Positions 1 through 12,979 of a stretch of DNA of 64,000 nucleotides are shown one piece after another. The DNA is from Schmidtea nova (Eukaryota), in NCBI GenBank assembly GCA_044892505.1, contig CM097883.1, positions 160,642,001 through 160,706,000 of the forward strand, read 5' to 3'. The notes under the pieces are model-generated. The model was not told where the DNA came from, searched no databases, and worked only from the letters and a program-made list of their open reading frames with translations. The first letter of the stretch is position 1. Each line of letters opens with the position of its first letter. The position numbers were made by a program, and so were the translations under genes.

Positions 1-52
1 TTTAAATTTTTATATTAATTTGGTTGTTCTAGCCTATTTGGCGGGCCCAACA

Positions 53-774
53 AATATCAAAATAAGTAAAGTGCAAAAATTAATTAAAATTTATCAAAAA
101 TTTAAAATTAATATTCATTGGGGGAAATGGGTATGGTTGAATGCCAAATCAAAAGACGAACCCAAAAATAATAATAGAAATTTAGTAAAGGGTCCCCAGA
201 GAAAGTTATTTAATAAAAACAAACTAATTAAAATTAATTAATCGCTCAATGCGAAGTCCGAGACAATGGGAAGCCCGAGGCAAGGGGAAACCCGAGCGAT
301 GAGGAAAGCCCGAGAGCAAAGAGACCCGAGAGATCAAAGTCGGGGCAATTAGGAAAAATCCATTCGAGGGTAATTAAAATTATTTGGTAGCAAAACAATT
401 AAACCCGAGATTGGTTAACTTTGAGATATCGATTAAACCTAATTGCTATTTGCGAGAACTATAAAAGGCAGCGCAAAACAGAGGACGGGCCGACGAGTTG
501 ATAGTTAAAAAAGAGAATATTAAAACGTTTCGAAAACAAATAAAGAAAGATCCTGAAGGAATCAAACAAAGTGAGAAAGTATCCTTTTAACTAAAGAGTC
601 AAATCCGAATCCAAAAGAAAGCGTAAATTGATCAAAAGTGTATATAACAAAGATTGTAATTTGTGTTGATCGTGAATAAAAAGTTTGTTCTGTGTTGGGT
701 TCATTGATTTCAGAAACTAAAGATCACGAGGAGTCAGGTCAGTAAACCGATCTTTACAGAATAATAACCCAACA
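53..774 (+). mobile_element. Probable LTR remnant (cccgag repeats, TATA, AATAAA)
   Basis: Repeated cccgag motifs at 250-410, tataaaa at ~460 and aataaa at ~675. It ends aataacccaaca, the reverse complement of the terminus of the LTR at 35947. Left boundary is uncertain. Confidence 0.45.
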
Positions 775-1719
775 TATTTAAGGAATTTTCCCAGTCTACT
801 AAAACATCTCCCTACCCAAAGTCCAGTAGCCTGACCATTCCTATGTGCAACCAAAAAAATACCTGAAAAATTCCTAACTTTATGAAAATTAAATAGACTG
901 GTCCAACCATCGTGTGAAGCTACGGAGCTCCACGACGACGACTGACTCCCTCGCTGCGTTAGCAGCAGAGGAAGCGTATCTATAGGTAATACATAAATGA
1001 ACTGGATAAAGAAATATTAAATAAAATTGTGAACATCATAACAAAAATATATTAATTAACATCATTGGTAAAATCATGAGAACAGTACAATAACAACAAA
1101 TAAAAATTTACTTCTGTTTCAAGATGATTCAATTTTCACGTACCAAATTATAAATTATGAAGGCTCACAAACAGTATAATCGTTCTGAGTTTCAAATGAA
1201 AATAAAGTGCTAAATCTGTGATTTTCGGATTGGTATCTATATCGATCCAGATGGTCAGACTGATCAATCAGGATCAGGCTGTCCCTCAAAGTAAGTCGAT
1301 CATTTCCAATTTATGCAAATAACACCCTGTTTCCGTTCCAGATTTTCTCGTCGGGTGGTCCTGATCTTCCAAGTAACTATTCAGTCACTTGGAGTTCTAT
1401 TTTATTCAATTTATCTATATTTCTCCACTTTCTGCCTCAGGCCCCCCGCTAGCTGCTCTTTTGCGAAATTTGGACCATTCTACGCCTGTGAGCCGTTCAT
1501 TGCCAGTTTAACTATTCATTTTTATTCCCCTTGTTCAGATTTTCCAGGCTCTAGGCAAATTCATTCTCATTATGTTTTAATTGTCATGTCATATTTACGT
1601 ATTCTAGGCCACTTCGTGGGCCCAACATTATTTTAATATCATTTTATTAGAAAGTTTCTATTATAATATTCTTGATTTCTCCAGCTTTTTATTGATCACA
1701 TCCTTAATATTGTTGGTGG

Positions 1720-2653
1720 TGTTGCTATGTTCACTCTATGGAGGGTGACGAACTAACACAGATTTTTATCGGACTCCAAACGATATAACCAAAATATATG
1801 TATGTTGCATGAATTAAAACTAGCAAAACTCAAATAAATAAGAAATATGTTTTATTAATATTTATTGAGATGTACAAAATATTTTTTACAGAAATGCATG
1901 AAAACTACCTTCACACTGTGACTTTCTAGAAAGAAAGATATCGGTTATTGACAAACCGTCCGCGGAATTATTTGACATGACGAAAGCTTGGTCTAAACGT
2001 TAGCAAAAGCTCCGTTCAATGGCGAGAGGAAATGAGACATTGTGGGAATGCCCAAAATTGTTTTCGCGATAGTATTAACCTGGAAATCGGTTAATACTTT
2101 TTTCTTATACGGAATTTTCTGTATACGGAATCAGATAGTACCAAAAGGCAGTACTTAGATTCTTGGAAAATTGTTTTTATCAAGTTAACTTTAGATAGCA
2201 AATTATATAAAGGAAAATGCTAATACCTTTATGATGCTTCACAAATATCTTCTGACGAGTTTAATTCCGAAATAATTTCTATGCCCAAAATCGAATAATT
2301 CCGTACCGCGAAAAACCTAGTAAATAACTCTGAGTATTTAAAATAAACAATCGATATTTATAATGAAACACTCTACTAAAATCTAGCCGATGTTGTATTG
2401 CTATTGAATTTCAAAAATATTATTGTACTTAAATTTTTCTAATTTCTCATAAACTGTTTTTCTTATATGTATATTTATTATTTTGTTTAATAATTACTAT
2501 ATTAATTATAGTTCTATTTCTAGTATTTATTTATTACTATACTTAGTTGTTATTTATTACTATACTTAGTTGTTATTTATTATCAGTATTTTCTAATTAC
2601 TATTTATACATTATTTAAATTTTTTTCTAAAACTACTATATCAAACCTTAACA
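1720..2653 (-). mobile_element. Diverged solo LTR related to the intact element's LTR
   Basis: Shares ordered motifs with the intact LTR: tatcggactccaaacgata, gatgtacaa, tcggttat..aaaccgtcc, cgaaagct..agctccg, cgcgatagt, an AT-rich block and an aacc(t/c)taaca end. Flanks are gtgg/gtgt (imperfect TSD). Confidence 0.75.
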
Positions 2654-3296
2654 GTGTGGTCAATCCATTTACCAGTAACTCTGCCTACGGTTACTAACCA
2701 TATTCCTTTGAAGTCCTTGAATTCTCTCCATCACACACACATCCCATTATAATTACTTCGCTACAGTCCACCCCTTCGAGCTAAATGTTAAGTTGGTAAT
2801 GTACACCGCAGTCGATAGATCGTTGTCGACAGTGAGCTCGCCTCGTACGAACTGTGTCGACGAATAGCTAGGTTCCAGTGCTTCCGATAGAAAGTGTGTG
2901 TGTTGTGTCCTTTTTCATTTTCGAGGACGTTTAAAACAAAACGAGTTCCTCTTCTCTCCTTCACAGACATGCAAAAACTGTTGGAAAACGAAAACTAAAT
3001 ACTAAATAACTCGCGAACAATGAACATTTATTATCATACACAAGATAAAATTTCAGTAACTTAGCTTTTTATTTTGTAATCCATAAAAATTAATATTTAT
3101 TTTATAATAAGAAAAGCAATTGCTAAATATTTTTTATCAATTGAAACTTTTGAGTGATGAAAAAATGAAATATTTTAATTAGTTAAAGATCATATGCAAA
3201 TTATAAATTAAATATTTCAAAGTGAATTTATACCAAGGGGAATTGTTGGAGTGAAATCAAACAGTTACCACAATGTCGACTGTTTATGCTTTAGAC

Positions 3297-3691
3297 CAAG
3301 GGTCGGCAACATACGGCCCGCGGGCCAAGTACGGCCCATTCGGTATTTTATTTTGGCCCTTCAAGACTTTTATTACCACCTTGTTATTCGGCCCGCTTTG
3401 GTTTAAATTATTTCAGCTTCTCAAAAAATTCAATTCAAAGTAAAATAATGTGAACCTTCAAAAACTCAATTTAATTTATGAATATACAATTTAAAGTTGT
3501 AGGTAAGTACCAATAATTAAAATATTGTGTTTACGCCTGAATAATTTTCTGAAGGTTTAGCGATTGTTGTTATATAATAAAAATGAATTTAATCAAATAA
3601 TTAATCAACATCAAAGATTTTTATTTCTGGCCCATGCGTAAATTGAAAATTCTGTATCTGGCACTCTCCTTAAAAGTCTTGCCGACGCTTG
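3297..3691. mobile_element. hAT (Charlie-like) MITE
   Basis: TIRs caagggtcggcaa / ttgccgacgcttg. 8-bp TSD CTTTAGAC on both sides. Confidence 0.88.
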
Positions 3692-5978
3692 CTTTAGACT
3701 ATATAATATAACTATCCGTGTAATTAATGATTTTTGAACCATATTTCTTTAACAGTCCATTGACAATCTTGGTGTCTTTCTAGCATATCGTTTGGAAAAT
3801 TAATTAATTTATTGCTTTACTTTGTGCTTTATTTACCTCAATTTTCTGTTGTTTACTAAGCTTCAGTTTTGTTTAATTAGTGATTTTATGTTTATCACAT
3901 TTTTGTATATTTTTTGAGAATACCAATTATGTCTTTTTATTCCCTTCATCTACTCTATCCCTGATCTATTTTTCAAAATCTAAATCTGATTACCAGTTGA
4001 TTGTCAATTTTCCATTTTTGTACTTTCTCTACCGTCTTATGCACTTTTTTTATCCATTTGAACCTTTTAAGTTGTTTCTTGACACTGATTCTGTGTTATA
4101 TTAATATTTCGGCTCAGCATATTTTTAATACCCTGACATTTATTCTTCTTAACAAAAATTTCGTCCTCGAAAATAAAGCAATTTTCATTCACAAATTTAA
4201 GCATTTAAATTTTATAGAAAAAGATGAAAGATTTTTAATACTATAAAAAATATTCTCAATTGCAGTCACCATAAAAAGTAATAACGTTGAAATATGATTG
4301 AGAAAAAAATGTATAAAATAAAAATATATTAAATAAATTTTAGAAAATATTTTTATTTTCTTTATCGCTTTATTTTCTTTATACCCATAAACAATTAAAT
4401 TGACAGTTTAATTTCTCACTCAAATTTACAGCAGAAAAATATCAACTAATATAACGACTTGAAACCAAATTTTATATGAAATGCCAATCATTTGTCGTGA
4501 ACTCAGATTTTTTATTCGATTATACTCAAATGCTGGTAAAATTAAAAATATTAAATTACCGTCCTTGTTCTCGTTTCTGTTATCTTTATATTTTTGAACA
4601 CACAAAGATGAAATTTTTTACGTCGAACCAAAATCTCAAGTTTAACTCTGTGTTAAATGCTTTGTATCAGTCAATTTAAGGTTGAAATTTAGAAATGTTT
4701 ACAATTTATTTCTAACATATAAGATTGTATTTATGAATCATAAAATAAAATATAATGTTTCAAACCTTGCAGGATACATCATTCTGAAAAAATATTTTTA
4801 AATAAAATAAAATGAAACTATGAACCACTTGTTATATTTATATTGTTAGCTGTTTCCACTACTTTTTGACTTCTCAAATTTTACTTTTTTAATTCTAAAT
4901 CGTAAAATATAAATAATAATTAAAAAGCCTTTATCGTCAAAAAGCTTTCGAAATTTTCAATAATTTCAAAAGCTTTTCAATTAACTGCAATAAAATTTAA
5001 TCACGTCAATATATTTTCAAAATTTTGATTTCCTCTCACCAACTTATTACGCCGGGCTTATCGAAAAATATATTGGGTTTTATTTAATAAATAGGGAAAC
5101 ATGGTTTCTCATTGACACTTGATGTACTTTAATCAATAAATAACAAACTCTCAACGTATATTGAATAAAATAATATTCACAAATGATCCAATTATATATA
5201 CAGTAAATAAATCAATCTCTTAATCATAAAGTGATGGGACTATGCACAATGTAACAACAATTTTTGTCAAAAATAATCCCTGTCAATGATAACGAATTCC
5301 TTCGAACAATATTCATCTATGTTTCTATTGATAGGAAACATAAAATTTTCCCTTTAGTCAATTAATATTTTGTTATAAACATCTTTAATCCAATTCTTGT
5401 TTTTGTCATTAATTCTTTTTTAAAGATGGGATTGTTGGTGTATTGTATATTTCAAAAAATAAAACTTTGATCTATTTACTTCCTTGCGATCTTCCCTCTA
5501 TACTTGAGTTTACAACAATTCAAACATTTACTCGCTCGACTTTCTAGGGTTACAATACATACATAAAAATCTTACTGTCGCTGCACCCGTGAATTTCCCT
5601 AATACTTCACGTTGAAAATGTGCATCACAGCCGATCGCAAGTCAGCAGGTGAGCTCCTTAACAAGAACTACTCCTGACTTGTCACATCGTTCGAGTTCTT
5701 ACTGACCGATAGAAGGTCTTTTCACTCAAACTCCTCATCCAGTCGCAGGTCTCTTATTCATGGTGATCTTATTACTATAACTTAGCCTACTCTTCCTAGA
5801 AGTTGATGACGACTCTTTTAAATTAAATTGTTGGCGTGAATACTAAGATAAAATACAATTTTTAATATCAATAACTACAACGAATTTTATAAAAACACTT
5901 TTTATTAAAATCAACACAAATTCGTTATCTATACACGAAAATTACAATTCACAAAACAGGCTAATCTTGTTCTCCTCT

Positions 5979-6392
5979 TCATTGGCTTGGATCTGTGGGT
6001 ATTTTGTCCAACTCCGTTGCTAGCTTTTTCCTCAGTTGATGCCTTCGTTGTGTGTGGGATTTGCGACGATTCTTGGCCTTCGGCTTGACCATTTCCGTCG
6101 GTGTTTCTACTGTTCTCTCTATTACTTCCTGTACAGGAAACCATTTCTCTAAAGTCAATGGGCGGATTAAGTCGGCTAGCTGCACGGCTACGAAGTTCTG
6201 GGTGATAACTCGTCGACATTTGTTGGTTTCGATTCTGGTCGCTTCCAACTCGATGTATTGATCTTCGATTGTTTTCAAAGTCCTTCGCAGTTTCTCTCTT
6301 ACGACTTTCATCTCTGCCAGTGCAAAGTAACTTTCTTCTAACTCGATAATTCGTCGCTTCAGTTTTCCGATTATCTCTTTCTCTGTTGTCAT
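5979..6392 (-). CDS. Small coiled-coil/Arg-Lys-rich protein in a repeat unit (137 aa), unknown function
   Basis: Open frame. A homologous disrupted copy lies at 11647-12100 (QLADLIRPLTLEKW vs ELASKIRPMNLEKW; ELEATRIE vs ELSATRLE). Confidence 0.55.
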   Translation of the reverse strand: MTTEKEIIGKLKRRIIELEESYFALAEMKVVREKLRRTLKTIEDQYIELEATRIETNKCRRVITQNFVAVQLADLIRPLTLEKWFPVQEVIERTVETPTEMVKPKAKNRRKSHTQRRHQLRKKLATELDKIPTDPSQ

Positions 6393-9300
6393 GAGTTATC
6401 TTAAAATTATAAGTAATTTAATCTTTCTCCATCCTCTCACTTCTCCTCTCACTTCTCCTCTCAAATGTCCTATTTAACTAGTGTTTCCCTCAACCGAAAC
6501 CAAGATTTTCCTCTATACTCTATCACTCGCAATTACCAGCTCTCTTTACTCTTACTCTCTTTAGACGAATTCACCACTTCCTTAACTGTCTTTATCATAC
6601 TTAAATTTTTATGACAACAAATATAAATAATTAAAATATATAAATGAATAATAAAGAACACATTAATTAATATTTTTCTAATCCCACAATTACATTAACG
6701 TCAACACAAATCGATGAACTCGACACAATCTTCGTCAGAATCTATCTCGCACACTCCCGAGGGACTGTAAGGGGTATCCATTGATTGTTCTGCTGGAGCG
6801 GGACCTAATACAAATCGGCCGAGGCTTCAGAAATCTTCGTCAGGAATTGTTCCAGTATAAAAGATGGTCATCGACTATTTGCCTTGCTAGATCAGTCGGG
6901 ATGTTTTTCAACGGGAGTGCCCAAATCAGATAATTTTCCCTGGCTTCCGGATCCTGATATTCAGATCCCATCTCTCTAACGTCGCTCGATCTTTGCTGTA
7001 TGCATATGCTGATTCGTTCCACAATTTTTCTAATTGAAATTTAGATAAATATTTTTAATAATGCAAAAATGTGTCTCTAAGCAACTCATGGGTGTTGTGG
7101 GTCCCCCCGATATTGGATTATATATGCATCGTTCGTGTGTTCCTTTTTGCCATAACTCAATATTAAATACTCAAGTACTTCAGATTGTTATGTTTTATTG
7201 TCGGTACAATTTTCATTACTAGAGTTTCCCTGAGGATCATTTAATTGGTTTAGTAAATCATCGTCAAGTGGTTACATGATCACTTCAAACGACACTCGAT
7301 CTCGTTCTCCACTATTTACGGCAATACTCTACTCCGGCTGTTTCCTTTCTCCTTATGACTCTCGCATGTCTCAAGTGCGTTGCACTCATATTTCAATTAA
7401 CACTGTATTGGCTCAATTGTACTCGCTCGTCACTCAATATTTCCACTGTGTATCAATTCACTTTAAGTGGCAATTCAGGATTCATGTCTATTAGAATTTC
7501 TCTCCAGCGCTCTCGTGCACGTGTAGATTTAGCTGTAAAATTAAGCACTCGAGAAAACTCACAGTCTAACAAGGACAAGGAGTGGGTAAATTGGCGGGAT
7601 TCAATTTATCGTCAATTACCAAAATAATTAAAATTTAATTTATTATGCGGGAGTTTCTTTTCTAGAAGGATTGTTTGAATAAAAATAAGATTTTGTCAAT
7701 ATCGCTAACGCTCGTTAACCCCTTAGTAAATCATAATTTCGATTATTGCTAACCAGATGGTCGGGTTGATAAAATTCCATTCGTGCTACGGGTTCTCGTA
7801 CTCTCTTTTACTTACTAGAAAAATGGAAAGGCTTGATTCATAATCAAATATCTATAAAAAATGTTTCTTATGAGTGAGTAATTTCAGCTTAACTTTAATA
7901 ATACTATTCATTAGTTTCAACTACGGGGTAGCTTACTACTGCTCCGAATTACTCTGGCATTCATCGTGGTACAAAACAAAATCATTAGGAATCTGCAGCG
8001 CTCCGGTTTCGTCATTCACCCCTGTCTGTAACGGTTAATTTATAAAAAGGTCTTTTACGGAGAAACAGAGAGAGATCCCCGGAGAGTCGACAATCCCTAT
8101 GATCGCCTAAACTCTCGCATTATCTATATCATTAGTGAATATAATAACAAAATACTTTGATGTTCATAAAACTTTTATTAATAGAAACAAAACTACTTAC
8201 AAGCTTCTTCCGAAAAGATGATCAAATAAAGATTCTTCCCCCGAGTGTTGTATTGGGTAAACTTCCGAAAAGTGAATTATGTAGTTAACTGTATGAATTG
8301 ATCTTATTACGGGTATAAATGACTTTTTCAGTTAGTGTAAATGACATTGCAAAGCTAACCTGATCGCTTCCTGATATACTAAATTCAGCGCTCAGGCAGC
8401 CAATGAAAGCTAGAGATTGTCCAAAACAAAAGTAGGGCATTTAGGTAGATTTTGTAGATTAAATCTGAAAGAAAATTTTAGTAACATTAAGGAATATGAT
8501 AATGATCTGAGGAAAACCGTTTCGAAAAAAGTCAGTCAAATTTTCCGATCATTAAAATTAATTAAAAATGAATCGAAAACGGAAAATAAGAGTTTCGTAT
8601 TCAAAGGAAATGAAAAATATAGCTCAATTTATCAATCGACAGCGATATATAGACAGCAAGAAATTTAATATAACAAAGTCACTGAACCAGCTCATAATAA
8701 GCATTTTATAACAAAAGTCTGTGGATATTTGAGCAGAATCAAATATTATTGATCATGAGTCGTTTTAAAGAACTGGAGCTGAATAAAAAATTTCTTAAAC
8801 TTAGAGGAAGTAAATGTAGATTACTTTGCGTAAATGGTTCGCCAATTAACATGGTCGATGAATCTACTATTAACGTGAAACTTGATAAATTTGAGAGACC
8901 ATTAAAATTTAAGGTTGATTGAGTATATTTTTCCTAAAATGATAATATAAATTAGATCTATGAAAACAAACAGAATTCGAATTGTGATAGAAAAGGATTG
9001 TATTTTTATAGATATTAACGGATTCCGTTGGTTTCTAAAATAAAATCTAACGTATCGGAAAACTAAGAAGTACTAATCAAATGAGTCGGGATGTGAGTAC
9101 GTATAGTGAAAAGAATCAGTATTGTTTCCTATGTGTCATTTTATGTGAAACTTTAGTTTTAAATAGTGATAAATAGTATTTTGTATGGGGATCATTTAAT
9201 TACACTGACTTTCGAGTTAAATTAGGAGTTTTTGTTGGATATAAAGATAAATTGGCAGAATTTGATATACTAGTTGTCAGTTCATCGACTCCGCCGAAAA

Positions 9301-10515
9301 AGGAAAAAGATTACAGTTTGATAAACCTGAAAATCTGAATTTTAAAGGCTTATATATGAGATCGGATTGGGGTGAACACGTAGAAGTTATATATAAATTG
9401 ATTTAACGTGATCATTCATTTAGGTATGCCTACCTCGCGTTGGACGAAACGCATCCTGTCTTATGCAATTTTAGGTTATTCCGATGGTTTATATATCGTG
9501 GTTGTTTGTCACTTCACATAAATATAACTTAAGGAAAATTAATAATCGCAAGCATAAGATTAAAATATTTATTCAGGAATCATTCCTATGTACAATCAAT
9601 AAACAAAAATAAAAAATAAAATCACCGCGCAATAGTCATGTACGTAATCACAGGTATCTATTTATTTGAACTCGTATGGTTTGAGATTCGTAATTTTCGG
9701 TGGTTGTTTTCTATAATCTTAACTGAATTGTTAAATTATTAGAGAATTAAATCAAAGGAATACTTTGAGATTTTAAGGAACATTATTGGGAACAAGTAAA
9801 AAATATATCGGGTAAAATACCACATCATTCAATAGGATGCGTTAAGTACGAACAACAATCATTCATATCAATTCATTCAAACATCACCATCATTACACTA
9901 TTTACACCCGATTCGAACATTTTAATTTTGCTGTTGGATCTACTAGGGCTACTGGCGTTTTCGGATTAATGAAGTTTTGATTGATACCGGAGTTTCTTTT
10001 CTATTTAGGGAAGGTATTCTGATCGAATGTTATATTAAAACTTATCTATTTAATTTACGGTAATGGTGGATTTAAAAAGGCATGGAAGTTTAGGTTTATA
10101 GGGTCCTCAAGGTAGAATGAACATGACAGAATTTATTTATTTCACGGGTATTATATACATCATGAATCAAGAATAAATGAATATATACGTTGTTTCAGCC
10201 AAAGTGTGCGTGTGGCATATTTTAATGCTTCTACTCGCGTCCGTGTGCGCATATTGTTGATTATCTTGTCCGCGTCTGTGTGCGCAAGATTATGTTTGAA
10301 TTAATTGGATTTAAAAACCTTTGGAATAATAGTTTGATATTCTGATTTTGTTTTATGGGGTCTTTGGTTTTAGAATTGTTTTGGTGTGGATTCAAATTTT
10401 GCTTAGTGGGATGGATTGAATTTTGAAAATTGGAATTTTGGTGGATTTTAAATTTGGCTGAATATTATTGAAAAGAGTATTGTGTCGGGAATTCGACGGA
10501 CATTTTTCGTTGTGA

Positions 10516-10967
10516 TTGACTCAAATTCATTTCAATGAATATTCAGAAGTAATCTCATTGCATTTCAATGATGTCTACAACGTCGAAGGTTATCTCAATG
10601 AACTGAAAGCTGGTGCGACTCAGTTTTGCCCTGGTCTTCGAGAATCTCGAACGAACCGTGAATCATTAACTCTGTTTTCTGGTGATCGTTATGTCCGTCC
10701 GTGATTAGTGCAATAATTCAAGGAGATCACGTGCCAGAAATCCTGAATGAACTTGATATCGATGTGGCTGTGTATGGCAATCATGATTTTGACTTCGATG
10801 TTGACAAGCTAATGCAATGTGTGAACAAAATGAATTTCCAATGGTTAAACAATAATGTCTTTGACAATATGACAGATGATTTGTTTGCTGATAAAATAAA
10901 ATGCTTATCCGATGAAGTCTTGGCTCGATTCATACGTAATGCTTATACGTATGAAGCAATCCGGTAA
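10516..10967 (+). pseudogene. 5'-nucleotidase (calcineurin-like metallophosphoesterase) N-terminal fragment, frameshifted
   Basis: Motifs LHFNDVY, LFSGD and VYGNHDFDF split over two frames. No introns and no C-terminal domain. Confidence 0.82.
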
Positions 10968-11646
10968 AAAAGAAATTTTAGGAAATTAAACGTATTTGAT
11001 ATAAAATAAATAATAAAGCAAAATTAATAAAAATAACTTAATTTTGATTTTGAATTAAATATTGTGGTATGGTAACCATGGTGGTTTTGGTAGGATGACA
11101 TTGAAATTCCATACCGATTCGTAGGAATAACCTAATCTCATTGGCTCAAGTACACTAAAAAGTAATTCTAATAGTTATTGGTTAGTTGGTAGTGAACGAG
11201 ATATATCTTAGGAATAATAGATTATACAATTAACCGATAATTAACAGATTATTAACAGATTATTACATTTCCCCTCGTATGTGTACCTATGCTTACTCTA
11301 AATAAACATTTTGGTAGTTCACTCTACGGCATCAGTGACTAGGAAGCAGGTTAGCTGTATTTCTACGACTACTCCTTTATAATTCACTCAATTCGAGTCC
11401 ACACATGCTAATATAAGGCATTCAATTCCTACAATGTCTATCTGGTCACAAATTTAGACAACCTTCGCTTTGTACACGCCTATATCGCAACCTTAAAATC
11501 GGTTCCCTTAACCTCAATGAACTAGAATAAATCAACAAGACTAATGAACAAAACACATTAACAGAAATAGTGAATTAAGGGTGTTTCTACAACAATATGA
11601 TCTCATTTATTAGTTCTAATTCAGATAGTCCGTTAAGATTATCGAC

Positions 11647-12100
11647 TTAACGCATAAATTGTCGACTAAGCTCTTCTCCTTGTCGTTGACGGATCTTTTG
11701 TCGTTTTTTGGCACTTTGTCGTCGCCATTTTCGGTTTGTCAATTCAGGCTGCTGATCACTTCGGATGTCTATGGACGACTGTGCTTCACTCCACTTCTCG
11801 AGATTCATCGGTCGTATTTTACTGGCCAATTCTCTCTGAACATACTCGACTGTTACTCCTTTCCTTAGATGACTTTTTTTCCAGGCGAGTAGCACTTAAC
11901 TCTACATCAAGATCACTGTTAGCTCTCTGTAGAGGTTATACTTTCATACGGGCTTCATTCATAGTTGACGGTGAAAAATAATAATTTTCCAATTCAGCGA
12001 CTTTCCTAGTTAATCATCTTATACGGTTGTCGTCCCTCAGGCGTTCTTGTTTAGCGCACTTGCACAGTGAAATGATTTTCTTTGCTACTTCGGGAACCAC
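11647..12100 (-). pseudogene. Disrupted homolog of the 5979-6392 small basic coiled-coil ORF
   Basis: Translated similarity across stops and frameshifts: LTRKVAELENYIF...LDVELSATRLE...ELASKIRPMNLEKW...RKWRRQSAKKRQKIR. Confidence 0.55.
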
Positions 12101-12297
12101 TAAAAGAAAATTTTGTTTAATGCAACGTTAGTAATATTTTCGCAGAATGATTTCCCGACATTTCCCTTTAAGTTCAAGAAAAACTATACCTCTCTAGATA
12201 ACGGAATTCTCTGTGTCTTATTGTTCACTAAATTTTTTTGTGGACGCCGTATAAATCGGCTTCAGAAAAACACATCAACACAACGAAATTGTATTAG

Positions 12298-12726
12298 TTA
12301 TGAACAATCATCGTTAGATAAGTTGAAGTTCATGTTCGAATAGTGTTTTGGCTTCCTATCGAGAATCAGCAGTCTCCCTAATTGCGCTAATTCCGTTTGT
12401 GGCAACTCTTTATCGGCTCTGATCTTCTGAAGTCCGCTCCATCGGCATGATACTGATCGGAAAAAGTGTGGCATATCCGTGTCTATTTCCACATTTATTG
12501 GCCATCGGTGACTCTCTTGCCAGACCGTGTCGATGTGGGGTTCTTCACTCTTCGGAAAATATATTTGACCGGTTATCAAAGTCTCTAATTTCCTGAGCAT
12601 AATCTCTGTCGCTGTTTCTGGATTAACATCCATGGATTCAATTATATGGGATTCCACAGTTGGGATTTCTTCCATAATGCCCCAGATCTTATCACAGATT
12701 TTATTAAAAAAATTAAGTGGTTGCAA
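12298..12726 (-). CDS. 142-aa ORF of unknown function, probably belonging to a decayed LTR-type repeat
   Basis: Coding-like composition and open frame. No recognisable motif. Confidence 0.3.
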   Translation of the reverse strand: MQPLNFFNKICDKIWGIMEEIPTVESHIIESMDVNPETATEIMLRKLETLITGQIYFPKSEEPHIDTVWQESHRWPINVEIDTDMPHFFRSVSCRWSGLQKIRADKELPQTELAQLGRLLILDRKPKHYSNMNFNLSNDDCS

Positions 12727-12979
12727 AAATCTAATAAACTTTCGATATTAAGTTTATCCTTTCAGAAATTTAATGGACATTTATCAAAGGAAGTAAATTT
12801 TATTAATTAGGAAACATAATTTTCATATTTATGGATAAACAAGTTGGATGGTAATTTTATTTTTAGAGAATGTCGAAGTTTATGGCCGATAGTACTGTCT
12901 TTAAAATTTTAGTGCTAAAGCTTCAGATATACTTAACCAAAATTTCAGGGGGAATCAATTACAATAGAATAAATGTTTG

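Noticed and set aside
2252-2285. CTGACGAG...CGAAA possible hammerhead
   Set aside because: No convincing stems I-III and no valid UH cleavage site.
5700-5745. CTGGATGAG...GAAA hammerhead-like text on the minus strand
   Set aside because: The core has an insertion, there is no stem II and U16.1 is missing.
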